Shown here: positions 1 through 12,208 of the stretch, piece by piece
Layout: each line of letters begins with the position of its first letter
Numbering within the stretch: the stretch's first letter is position 1
Assembly: GCA_951406725.2 (NCBI GenBank)
Contig: OX597831.1
Location: 63,240,001 to 63,304,000, forward strand
Direction of reading: 5' to 3'
From: Octopus vulgaris
Lineage: Eukaryota
Length of the DNA: 64,000 nt
Notes under the pieces: model-generated
Database searches by the model: none
What the model was told of the DNA's origin: nothing
The model's input: the letters and a program-made list of their open reading frames with translations, nothing else
Position numbers and translations under genes: made by a program

Positions 1-135
1 TCGATATTATTGTTATTATTATTATGTTTTTTCCTTCTTTCTTCAAATTTTCTTCCGTTTCTCGACGAGTGTTTTCCAAACACCTAGGGCAGAGAAAGCT
101 CATTGTATGCATTCCCAGATTACACGCGCAAATTC

Positions 136-136
<1 letters not shown>

Positions 137-219
<83 letters not shown>
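137..219. repeat. (TTA)n microsatellite, tail of the adjacent tRNA-derived element
   Basis: Pure tta run; source of the poly-Leu ORF 24..320. Confidence 0.95.
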
Positions 220-223
<4 letters not shown>

Positions 224-296
224 ATCACTGCTTGGAATCGAACTAGGAATTTGGAAGTTAGTAGCCCGCTCTCTTAACCACTACGCCATATGCCCG
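220..296 (-). mobile_element. tRNA-derived SINE head
   Basis: Reverse strand reads gggcataTGGCGTAGTGGttaag...GTTCGATTCCaagc (Pol III A and B boxes) followed by (AAT)n; no intact cloverleaf. Confidence 0.7.
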
Positions 297-2117
297 CGGG
301 CATTTCCCCAAGACACCTGAAAAGAAGAGGACACCCCCAAGACAAGATGAGGACAAATATCCATCAAATGTAAATAATGTAAATAATGTGAAAAATGATG
401 TTTCAAACAAAGATCAAACGTGGTGCTACTGCTAAACACAGACAACCGGCACAACACTGCGTGAAGAACACCTACTGATTCCCATAAAATCCCTGGTAGA
501 CAATCTCCAGCCTCTGGTCCTTAGGGCTTATCTCTCCTCTTACAGTTTTTTCTACTGTTATTTCGTTCCTACTACTCGGAGCTTGATAGGCTTATGCAAC
601 CTCTCTTCATACATTCCTGTTTCATTTGCACCTTTCCACCATTATTCTTGTAGCCAACTCACTGACCCTACACTAGTCACTACACCCAGTCCGTTTATGG
701 AAGGTCGTTAGCGTGCGTGTTTGTGTACAATACGTATGGCTATTTCTGGCTAACCAAATTCTAGGCTTTTCTCACCAGTGCAGCCTTCCTTCTAAACCAT
801 TCATCTTTGTAAATGTAGTATCTTCTTTGATCTTTGACAGCTTAGACAGTTACCATCCTTTTTGTTTCCCTAGGCAGCCTGATTACAGGTATTCGTTTTT
901 TTTTTTTTCTTTCTTTCACTCATAAAGAAATAACATAATAACCTTCTTTTTCTTAACTGCTATACAAACAATGTGTTTGAAGAATTCTAACTATGAATTC
1001 GTAAAAATCCATTTTAAGCTGTTAACGACAACTTAGGTTTATACGTTTATGAAAAGTTACCTGATCGACAACGCACGCTGAGGAATATCATTCAAAAGTA
1101 ACGGTTTGAAACAAATGTCTACTCATAGAATACATTGGAAAACGACTTATGAAAGCAAAAATTACTGGTTACTATAAGACATTTTCAAAAGGTAGAATTC
1201 CCTGGGAATGGTCATTGCGCTATATGTAAAACTAAAGAACTTTCTTTCTATTCTCTCTTTTTCTAAATTTTTAGCGTTCTGTGTAGAAGTAAAAACAGAT
1301 TCTGGGAATTTTCTCCCAAAATGTCAGTTTTATTTTAGTGAAATATTTCACTTTATAAAATGTTTAATTAATAAGTCAGAAGCTATGTATGTTGCTGATT
1401 TCTAAAGAAAATATGAAATAGTGCTATGTATGATTATTAAGGATAGAAATTTGAAAAAAGTTCGTATTATGTAAGAAAAGGAATTAAATTTGTCAATTGT
1501 ATGCATCTTGTTCGTTATATTTCCTTTATTACAATTTAAAATTTCGAGTTATATTGTGATCATTATCTTCTTGTAATAATTATGAACTTCAGAGGGATCA
1601 CAGGTGTGTGAAGAAGGTTATCTTGAGTTTATACACAGTTGGCGTAGGAGTGGCTGTGTGGTAAGAAGCTTGCTTACCAACCACATGGTTCCGGGTTCAG
1701 TCCCACCCCGTGCCACCTTAGGCAAGTGTCTTCTGCTATAGCCTCGGGCAGACCAAAGCCTTGTGAGTGGATTTGGTAGACGGAAACTGCAAGAAGCCCA
1801 TCGTATATATGTATATATATATACATATATATAATTAATTAATAAGGGTGAGAGAATTAGATACTAATTTAATAGTATATTTATTCCACACCAAGTGGCC
1901 TAGTGCTACGAGAAACCTGGATTATTATAATATTTTATAACATATTATAATATTTTCACAAAATAAATATAAGAGAGTGGTCACTATATTGATCACCCTA
2001 GCACCAGTTAATCCAAAAGGTTTCAACCACGAAAAATACATGTTTCCCATGAAAGCCAGTACGACTGTTAGCTCACACGGACAGGGCAAATAAAAAATAA
2101 CAAAAATACAGATTATT

Positions 2118-2193
2118 TTGGGACAATTGTTTCGCTATTAATGAATTAAATGTAATATTACTTACAATAATCCATTTGTAGCTCTTCAGCCAA
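2118..2193 (-). ncRNA. Minimal type I hammerhead ribozyme, array copy 1
   Basis: uugg CUGAAGA gcua...uagc GAAA caauu GUC ccaa: stem I uugg/ccaa, long stem II, palindromic stem III ACAAUUGU, GUC cleavage triplet. Confidence 0.85.
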
Positions 2194-2651
2194 GACTATC
2201 TGGATGAAATCCACTCAATCACACGCCAGATTTTACCATAACGATAAATACGCGTGCGGTTCAATTGATTACATCGGACGTTATAATTCAAATGCCCCAA
2301 CCAACAGCGCGCCAAACTCTCACGGAAAACAAATACAGCATTTAGAAATAAATGCAGCATAATTATAATTAATTAATAAGGGTGAGAGAATTAGATACTA
2401 ATTTAATAGTATATTTATTCCACACCAAGTGGCCTAGTGCTACGAGAAACCTGGATTATTATAATATTTTATAACATATTATAATATTTTCACAAAATAA
2501 ATATAAGAGAGTGGTCACTATATTGATCACCCTAGCACCAGTTAATCCAAAAGGTTTCAACCACGAAAAATACATGTTTCCCATGAAAGCCAGTACGACT
2601 GTTAGCTCACACGGACAGGGCAAATAAAAAATAACAAAAATACAGATTATT

Positions 2652-2727
2652 TTGGGACAATTGTTTCGCTATTAATGAATTAAATGTAATATTACTTACA
2701 ATAATCCATTTGTAGCTCTTCAGCCAA
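2652..2727 (-). ncRNA. Hammerhead ribozyme, array copy 2
   Basis: Same motif, offset +534. Confidence 0.85.
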
Positions 2728-3185
2728 GACTATCTGGATGAAATCCACTCAATCACACGCCAGATTTTACCATAACGATAAATACGCGTGCGGTTCAATT
2801 GATTACATCGGACGTTATAATTCAAATGCCCCAACCAACAGCGCGCCAAACTCTCACGGAAAACAAATACAGCATTTAGAAATAAATGCAGCATAATTAT
2901 AATTAATTAATAAGGGTGAGAGAATTAGATACTAATTTAATAGTATATTTATTCCACACCAAGTGGCCTAGTGCTACGAGAAACCTGGATTATTATAATA
3001 TTTTATAACATATTATAATATTTTCACAAAATAAATATAAGAGAGTGGTCACTATATTGATCACCCTAGCACCAGTTAATCCAAAAGGTTTCAACCACGA
3101 AAAATACATGTTTCCCATGAAAGCCAGTACGACTGTTAGCTCACACGGACAGGGCAAATAAAAAATAACAAAAATACAGATTATT

Positions 3186-3261
3186 TTGGGACAATTGTTT
3201 CGCTATTAATGAATTAAATGTAATATTACTTACAATAATCCATTTGTAGCTCTTCAGCCAA
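3186..3261 (-). ncRNA. Hammerhead ribozyme, array copy 3
   Basis: Same motif, offset +1068. Confidence 0.85.
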
Positions 3262-3719
3262 GACTATCTGGATGAAATCCACTCAATCACACGCCAGATT
3301 TTACCATAACGATAAATACGCGTGCGGTTCAATTGATTACATCGGACGTTATAATTCAAATGCCCCAACCAACAGCGCGCCAAACTCTCACGGAAAACAA
3401 ATACAGCATTTAGAAATAAATGCAGCATAATTATAATTAATTAATAAGGGTGAGAGAATTAGATACTAATTTAATAGTATATTTATTCCACACCAAGTGG
3501 CCTAGTGCTACGAGAAACCTGGATTATTATAATATTTTATAACATATTATAATATTTTCACAAAATAAATATAAGAGAGTGGTCACTATATTGATCACCC
3601 TAGCACCAGTTAATCCAAAAGGTTTCAACCACGAAAAATACATGTTTCCCATGAAAGCCAGTACGACTGTTAGCTCACACGGACAGGGCAAATAAAAAAT
3701 AACAAAAATACAGATTATT

Positions 3720-3795
3720 TTGGGACAATTGTTTCGCTATTAATGAATTAAATGTAATATTACTTACAATAATCCATTTGTAGCTCTTCAGCCAA
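3720..3795 (-). ncRNA. Hammerhead ribozyme, array copy 4
   Basis: Same motif, offset +1602. Confidence 0.85.
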
Positions 3796-4018
3796 GACTA
3801 TCTGGATGAAATCCACTCAATCACACGCCAGATTTTACCATAACGATAAATACGCGTGCGGTTCAATTGATTACATCGGACGTTATAATTCAAATGCCCC
3901 AACCAACAGCGCGCCAAACTCTCACGGAAAATAAATACAGCATTTAGAAATAAATGCAGCATAATTATAATTAATTAATAAGGGTGAGAGAATTAGATAC
4001 TAATTTAATAGTATATTT

Positions 4019-4450
4019 ATTCTCTCACCCTTATTAATTAATTATAATTATGCTGCATTTATTTCTAAATGCTGTATTTGTTTTCCGTGAGAGTTTGGCG
4101 CGCTGTTGGTTGGGGCATTTGAATTATAACGTCCGATGTAATCAATTGAACTGCACGCGTATTTATCGTTATGGTAAAATCTGGCGTGTGATTGAGTGGA
4201 TTTCATCCAGATAGTCTTGGCTGAAGAGCTACAAATGGATTATTGTAAGTAATATTACATTTAATTCATTAATAGCGAAACAATTGTCCCAAAATAATCT
4301 GTATTTTTGTTATTTTTTATTTGCCCTGTCCGTGTGAGCTAACAGTCGTACTGGCTTTCATGGGAAACATGTATTTTTCGTGGTTGAAACCTTTTGGATT
4401 AACTGGTGCTAGGGTGATCAATATAGTGACCACTCTCTTATATTTATTTT
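4019..4450 (+). repeat. Inverted (fold-back) copy of the array unit
   Basis: Reverse complement of 3562-3993 with a 25-nt spacer (3994-4018); one mismatch seen near 4152. Confidence 0.95.
4217..4292 (+). ncRNA. Hammerhead ribozyme in the inverted copy
   Basis: ttgg ctgaaga gcta...tagc gaaa caatt gtc ccaa; predicted cut after C4288. Confidence 0.85.
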
Positions 4451-5067
4451 ATATTATATATATATACATATATATATGTGTGTGTATGTATATATGTTTT
4501 TCTGTCTGTATTTGTCACCCCAACGTTGATTGACAACCGATGCTGGTGTGTCTACGTCCCCGTAACTTAGCAGTTCGGCAAAAGAGGTCGATAGAATAAG
4601 TACTAGGGTTACAAAAAATAAGTACTGGGGTCGATTTGCTCGACTAAAGGCGATGTTCTAGCATGGCCGTAGTCAAATGACTGAAACAAGTAAAAGAGTA
4701 AAGATATAAAATTATATACTTTCTGATTTCTTCTGTCCTTGGATATACATTCACTAAAATATTCAAACGTGTATAATATGGAGAGAAAATCGGAGGACAA
4801 ATGGTATTTCATATATATATATGAATTTATATGGAGTTCTAAGAATTGGTTAACCATCATACTATCCCATTCGAAATAGCTATACTTCAGTATGTATCTA
4901 TCTACCTAACCATCTAACTATATGCATGTATGTATCTATTTGTGTATGTATGTGTGTATGTATGTATGTATATGCATGTATGTATATATGTATGTGTTTC
5001 TGTATGTATGTATGTATGTATGTATGTATGTATCTATATATCTATCTATCTCTCTCTCTTTCTATAT

Positions 5068-5116
<49 letters not shown>

Positions 5117-5150
5117 GAGATAGATAGAGAGATAGAGAGATAGAGAGATC

Positions 5151-5199
<49 letters not shown>

Positions 5200-5201
<2 letters not shown>

Positions 5202-5365
5202 TGTCGCCATGATAGACCGTTAGCCACCATACACATTTTTTTCTCTCCTTGTTTCTCTCCTTGCTTTTTCTGTGTCCCTTTCTGTAGAAGAGCGTAGGCT
5301 CGAAACGTAAAAGACTTTTTCTATTCCTGAGCGTTATATTAATACATCTGTTTGTTTTGTACAAG
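5200..5365 (+). mobile_element. PLE pLTR-like fragment with variant HHR (5278-5313)
   Basis: cttt CTGTAGA a gagc-gtag-gctc GAAA cGTA aaag; related copies at 19185-19380 (-) and 33515-33635; bounded by (ATAG)n and (TA)n. Confidence 0.55.
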
Positions 5366-5395
5366 CAGATGTTTTGTGTATATATATACACACAT

Positions 5396-5495
<100 letters not shown>

Positions 5496-5822
5496 TATAA
5501 AGGATCGTGGGTAAGGCCAGAAGAATACGAAGTAAAAGCCAAGCAAATCACAAGAAAACAAATATATGAATTAATGTAGACTTAGCTTGCATTCAATATT
5601 TCGGGGTTATGACGCCATCCTCAAGAAATTAACGAATGTTGCAGATGTGTGTGTGAGTTTGTGTGGAGTAGACATGCGCGGAAAATTGTTGCTATAGCAA
5701 CCAGCTAGCTTCCTGTGACTCTTATTTGTTGTTGATGTTTGGTTTCCTATATATGTGTGTGTTTATCTACGTATGTATATTTGTGTCTGTATGTTTTTGT
5801 TTCTGTGTTTATGTCTCCGAAA

Positions 5823-6437
5823 GTGTATGGAGAGGAGTGTATGAGTCGCATACAAGTGTACGATTGGTTCAGATGTTTCCAAGATCGCTGAAAAAATGTC
5901 GATATTGACGAACGTTCTAAGAGAGCCACAACCAGCACAACTGAGTAAAACACCGCAGATGTGTGTGCAGCAGAGAGGGAAAATTGTTGAATCACTATGT
6001 GTGAGTTATCAGGCGATGTGCAGATTAGTTACTGTTCAGTTCAGGCCATCATCACTGAAGATTTGGGCATGAGATGTGTGTCTGCCATTTTTACGCCAAA
6101 ACTGAATTCAGCTGACACTCGGGTTTCACTTGCACATTTTCTTTCATTGTGTCAAGGACGATGAAAACTTCTTGAAAAATGTGCAGGTATCGCATGGTTT
6201 TGGCAAATTTGATGCAGATTCTCTCAGCTCAACTTTCTGTCATGGTCAATGTGACGATCATACGCTACACATGTTCCTTCCAAGCAGTACTGTAAACAGC
6301 CAAAGCTAGTTAGAACGTTAAAACAACGCACGTGCACAGCAGACTTTAAGGCCAATATGTACCAAGCAGCTTCACTCTGCATGCTTTAGCTTCGTTACTA
6401 TGGCAACAGTCTGGATACTTATTGATCAGACTGCGTA
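5823..6437 (+). mobile_element. Decayed mariner transposon (transposase N-terminal HTH plus right TIR)
   Basis: Translates VYGEECMSRIQVYDWFRCFQDR*KNVDIDERSKRATTS...ISYCSVQAIITEDLGMRCVSA; mariner-type TIR ctggatacttattgatcagactgcg|ta at ~6411-6437. Confidence 0.8.
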
Positions 6438-7371
6438 TGTATGTTTGTATGTATGTATATGAAAGCATCACTGATTAATAAATGCACAGTATAATCTTGT
6501 GAAACGTTGATTCTACACAACTGTGTTGTTAGTCATCGCATACGAAACGGGCTGTATCAACATAAGAGTTTAAACTAATACAAATGAAGAAATATGTTTC
6601 TATTATTGAAACCTGTGAACATAAAATTAATTATATAGAGAATAAGGATTGAATTTATCTCAATAATTTAATTTACTGGCATTTGATTAATGTCTATTTT
6701 TATTGAAAGCACGAAAAATTTAGAAACCTTTCCGATTTAAACTAAATTAAGTAAAATACTGACGGTATATAATAATATTGCATAAATATTAGTTGTCTTG
6801 CTTAAATTTCAGTTATGATTATTTATGCTTCTCTGGGAGAGAATTCTTGTCTTTAATTAAATAATCTATAACTGCTCCATTAATCAGGAAAATTACTTTT
6901 CGCGCCGCAAGCTATGAACGCGTTTAATTCATATAAAAATAAGCAGCAATGGCTAAGAAGATAATTGTATCATACATGTAGTAGTTTGATAATCGGTTCA
7001 TAGTTTGTATATCCGCAGGGAGATCTACAGATAACAGCAATAAAACTCCGATACGCTTCTACACCTGACCAAAAGACGTAGGTTCACTTTATGATGAACG
7101 TTAAATATTTAAACACTTCTAAAATGAATTCTAATTCAGAGTTACGCCTACAAACATAAAATATTCATTTACACACAGAGACACGCGGACTGGCACACAC
7201 ACCTGCGGGCAGATATAGATATAGATAGAGAAACATATTGATAAGTATCAATATGTATGTGTGCATGCTTAAATACCCACAACCAGCAGATGTGGGCAAA
7301 ACATCGCACACGTGCGTGCCGCGTGTGTTTGAGTAGAATTATGTAGAAAAATATATACTTATATCTATATC

Positions 7372-7492
<121 letters not shown>

Positions 7493-7643
7493 GTAAATAT
7501 TTATTTCGTATATTTTTCACTTGTTTATTGCTTTGGTTTTGTGTTGAGTTTGATCTGAGAACATAGACTTTTTGTGGAGAATGGCGATTTGACGTCTATA
7601 TCTAGCATGTTGACTGTCCACTTTTCGTGTTCAGTCCTTAATT

Positions 7644-7698
<55 letters not shown>

Positions 7699-7859
7699 AG
7701 CAAAACGCAATAGAGGACATGAAAACATTCGGACTGTTAGATGATACAAAGGCACACAAGAGAAACAACAATTAGAACGACTGGCAAAAAAAGACGGGTA
7801 ATTCGTGGCTTATATATATATATATGAACGTATGTATGTATGTATGTATGTATGTATGT

Positions 7860-7907
<48 letters not shown>

Positions 7908-7939
7908 TTTATGGGACATGCACACATATATTGATACTT

Positions 7940-8098
7940 ATGTATAATAAGGGACGAAAATGCAATCTATGCCTAGAGGAATTATACCAAACATTTATTC
8001 GAAAAATAAATTACTTTACACTAGACAAGACAGAAGTTTCATTTGCTTATATAAACCACGTTATTTTATTTAAAAATTTAAATAACACAATACATTAA
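7940..8098 (+). pseudogene. Penelope-like element ORF 3' end remnant
   Basis: YNKGRKCNLCLEELY resembles the CxLCLxEK motif at the end of PLE GIY-YIG domains. Confidence 0.5.
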
Positions 8099-9030
8099 TT
8101 TATATAATTTCAATAAACTTTTTCTCTAAACATAACAATAATAACTATAATAATAAAAACACATATAAAGAAAAGAAGGAAAGAATTCAAATTATAAGGT
8201 TGTATAAAATATAAACTAAAATCACTTTACAACCATAATAAACTACAAGAATTAAAAATACAACAGACTACTTCTCTTTAATAACCAAGTGGTTCTTGCT
8301 GCTTAGTAATTATCCATTACTACTATTAATAACCTTCACAAATTTCAAATAATGCAATCAGATCTGAAATCCATCAAAATACCCTATGATTATAAAGTAT
8401 GTAGAATCAATAATAATTATTCTATAAGTAATCACTTTCCACCAAACCAAAAAGTTCAGCAAACACTACTGCAGCTGCTTCTGAATTTTTCCCAAACAAA
8501 CAGTTGAGAAAAACATCTCGTGGAAGTATGTCGTGATTAACTACGACTACTACAACCAAACCTAATGTTAACAGTAGCAGAGGAAAATTTCTCTTCGAAA
8601 AATGCCATACTTATATGCTCTGCAGAGATCTACTTATAATGCATAAATCGCCGCGTATGAATATGCACTAATATGTAGTTGGTGCAATCGAAACAGGTGT
8701 CGGAGTACTATTATGAATGAACTAACTGGAAATAAACGTAGGTTCACAATCACGCAGAATTACGCATCATATATATACAAATACACACGTGATTGCGTTC
8801 AGATGGAATACAAATTGGCGCAAAATGTACGTGAATATGGTAATTAAGAAACACTTCATAAATTGTCTCCCCGAGCTTTGAGAAATCGAGCATCGAACAC
8901 AAATATTTGGAACGTTCACTTCAAACTCGGGAAGCTTGTCATGCTTTTTCCGGCTTCGCTAAAACGATATGTCTTCATAAACTCTACTGCATATGTGTAT
9001 GAATGAATATATATATATATTTATATATTA

Positions 9031-9664
9031 ATAAATCAACAATTATTTTCGGGTAGTGCCCGGTATGGAAATATAACCATTATCGGTAGGAACTTTTTCA
9101 AAATGTTCTTTATATATGTATATAAAGGTTAAGCAACAGATTGCTTAGCTACATACCGAAAATTTAGAAATAACAGTCAATAATGGTTATATTTCCATAC
9201 CGAGAACTACCCAGAAATAATTGTTGATTTTAAAATTAATAATTATTTACACTCATATTATTAATAATAGAATTATTCACTCCTTTATGACAAACCACAG
9301 TTCTCTTTCTGAGGAAATATTTTTGTAACACACATGGTAAATTTTGGAGGGGAAATAAGAATTCATTCGTCTATATAGATTTGACGAAGTCGGGAAGCAT
9401 GAGGTATGTAAATAGCATTTGCAAATCTATCTAATGGAATGTTACGCTGAAGACGGGAATGAAATTCTATATAATTCTAACCCAGAAACGCGTCCGTAAC
9501 TGATCGAAGACTTTGTTTTCGTTATTTTTCCTTCTTTTGCATGTGTGAGAGTTACATGTATATGTTATATGTGGAGTTATATTTGTGGAAAATAAAAATA
9601 AGCGGTATTTGACCGCTATTTCTAAATTTTCGATATGTGGCAAAGCAACCTGTTGCTTTCCCTT

Positions 9665-9668
<4 letters not shown>
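9031..9668 (+). mobile_element. Fold-back PLE pLTR-like element in a (TA)n tract
   Basis: 9031-9083 is inverted to 9180-9231, and 9119-9180 is inverted to 9608-9668; contains an HHR. Confidence 0.75.
9441..9500 (+). ncRNA. Type I hammerhead ribozyme
   Basis: gttacg CTGAAGA c ggg...ccc a GAAA cgc GTC cgtaac: perfect 6-bp stem I, palindromic stem III ACGCGU, C-A mismatch at the base of stem II. Confidence 0.85.
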
Positions 9669-9741
<73 letters not shown>

Positions 9742-10269
9742 TTATATACGTTTCTGAAATTATGTTGCAAGATACCGGATGTGAAACCGTGTGTTGAAGC
9801 AGATAACGTTGTATTTCGGGAGGGTCATTTTTTTACTAAATATTCACACCCACTATATACTGGCTCTTCACTCGTTTATCGCTCTTCTTATTTTAACTTA
9901 TGTCCATTGTCTGCAAATCTTTCGTCACACAAGAATGGTCTAAACAAAGCAGGGGTACACACGAGGACGCAAAGTGTCGCTGAAGAGGTTACAGATATGT
10001 GACGAAAGATTTCAGGACAATGGACATGAGTTATGATAAGAACAGTAATAAACGAGGGAAGAACAATATATAATGCGTGTGTTTATTTGGCAATATAAAA
10101 TAACCATCCCGAAATAAACCAATATAAATATGTGTGTGTGTGTGTGCGTGTGCGCGTGTGCGCGTGTGCGTGTGTGTGTATTATCTATGTATGTATTTGC
10201 ACAATATCTTATAGTTGTTGAGTAAATCAATGTGACTGCAAAATATTTAGTCATTTTTGCGAACCATAA

Positions 10270-10870
10270 TCCAGCGTTCTGCTGGTATTTCTTTTATCGG
10301 CCACGTAGATGATGAATTGCTAAGTTGACCATCGCCGAATTCGAACCTAGAACGCAAAGATGGACAAAACGCCGATAAGCATTTTGCCCGGCTCGCTAAC
10401 GATTCTCCCAGCTCGTTGCCTTTCAAATGTTGATACAAGGCCAGCAATTTCGAAGAAAGAAGTACGTCGATTACATTAACCCCAGTACTCAACCGGTACT
10501 TATTTTATGACGGGGAGCTGGCAGAATCTTTAGCACGCGGGTCGAAGTGCTTAGCGGTATTTCGTCTGCCGTTTCGTTCTGAGTTCAAATTCTGCCGAGG
10601 TCGACTTTGCCTTTCATCTTTCGGGGTCGATTAAATAAGTACCAGTTGCGCACTGGGATCGATATAATCGACTTAATCCGTTTTTCTGTACTTGTTTGTC
10701 CTCTCTGTGTTTAGCTCCTTGTGGGTAGTAAAGCAATAGGTACTTATTTTATGGACGCCGAAAGAGTAAAAGACGAAGTCGACCTCCGCGGAATTTGAAC
10801 TGAGGACGTAAAGACAGTCGAAATGACAAATACTTCGCCCGGCGAGCTAATTATTGTTTCAGTTCGCTTC
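10270..10870 (-). mobile_element. Older Meta-domain SINE(s) hosting a nested + strand SINE family 2 copy (10510-10738)
   Basis: TSD ggtacttattttatg at 10495-10509 and 10739-10753. Confidence 0.8.
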
Positions 10871-11765
10871 TTATCTTTTAGCTTATAATATTATTTATGG
10901 TATGTAAATTCTGCCGAGGTCGACTTGCCCTTTTTTCCATCGAGGTCGGTAAAATAAGTAGTTGTCCTACCCCTGAAATTCTTGACCTTGTGCCAAAATT
11001 TGAAACAAATATCAGTCATCAAATGAGTGTAGAGTGCTTCCAAATGAATTTACCGGTCTATCACAATAACATTTAACGTGGGTAAAATTTTATTCCAATC
11101 TTCCAGCCAATGGGTGACACTTCTCACTAAGGAAGAGTTCTCCCTGAAAATTTTAGGCTTTCTTCTTTGTTTATTCATAACATACATTCTACTAATTGGT
11201 GATTTCAGTTATTTATATGGCATTTTACCGATATTGATTTTTTCTCTGTTTTCTTTTTCTTTTTTTTTTTACTGTCTCATTATAATATTGCGATTTGGAA
11301 GACGAGTAGCGCCTTGAATGATAAGTGCTTTTGCTTTTGTTTCCTTATTTCTGTTTAGAATCCTCTTAATGATTTCAGTTGTGCATATCTATCCAGGCAA
11401 CATGCACTTGTGTAAAACACTATCCATTTATGCTTTCTAATCAAATATCGTACCTGTGGGTGTAAAGCTGATAAGGGTAGTTGTTGTATATAGCCAAGAG
11501 ATGCAGAAGAATACATCAAACTAATCACACAGGTTTTAAAATGTGACACTAAAAACAAAAAAAAAACTATTATCATGCGAACAAGATTCCCCGAGTGATA
11601 TTTAATTGGATCATTAGACAATTATCATAAGTTTCGGGATCTAAACAACCACCAACGTAATTGATTACTAGCATTGGCATAAAGCCATAAATATAGTTAG
11701 GAATACACAACGAATGAAATTGATCTTGTTACATGTATATGCGTGTGTATGTGAGAGTGTGTATA

Positions 11766-11810
<45 letters not shown>

Positions 11811-11813
<3 letters not shown>

Positions 11814-12102
11814 ACAATTTAATAAATAAAACATATGCATACATACATATATGTACATACCTACATCTATATGTATATATACATGCATATATGGGTACAG
11901 GACACCGTTGTTGTCTTGCACTCTGTTTTTTCGTTGTTAAAAAAAGTCTGTTTCCTTGCTTTGTTTTTATGTTTTCGTTTCTTGTGTTCTACGTTTATTT
12001 GTGGTGTCCTGTACCCATATATGCATGTATATATACGTATAGATGTAGGTATGTATATATATGTATGTATGTATGCATATGTTTTATTTATTAACTTGTT
12101 AT
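11811..12102. repeat. Fold-back element with ~95-bp inverted arms in (TA)n
   Basis: 11811-11907 is the near reverse complement of 12003-12102; related fragment at 58090-58235. Confidence 0.8.
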
Positions 12103-12155
12103 TATATGATTGAACGCACGCGTCGTCGTCTTCTTCCAAGTAAATTTTATATATA

Positions 12156-12208
<53 letters not shown>

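Larger units (their letters stand above)
1831..4018 (-). repeat. Tandem array of 4 (plus partial fifth) 534-bp units, retrozyme/PLE pLTR-like
   Basis: gggtgagagaattag recurs at 1846, 2380, 2914, 3448 and 3982 (period 534); units nearly identical (C>T at 3932). Confidence 0.97.
1641..4704 (+). mobile_element. SINE family 1 (tRNA head, CORE-like domain), split by the 534-bp array
   Basis: Head ggcgtaggagtggctgtgtggtaag...aagcccatcg at 1641-1803 and tail ...agtcaaatgactgaaacaagtaaaaga at ~4480-4704 match the intact copy at 28275-28670. Confidence 0.9.

Noticed and set aside
220-296. Functional tRNA gene
   Set aside because: A and B boxes are present but the acceptor and anticodon stems do not form properly; followed by an (AAT)n tail.
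1831-4018. Array interpreted as CRISPR or simple satellite
   Set aside because: No spacer variation, eukaryotic context, and the HHR plus fold-back architecture fits a retroelement.
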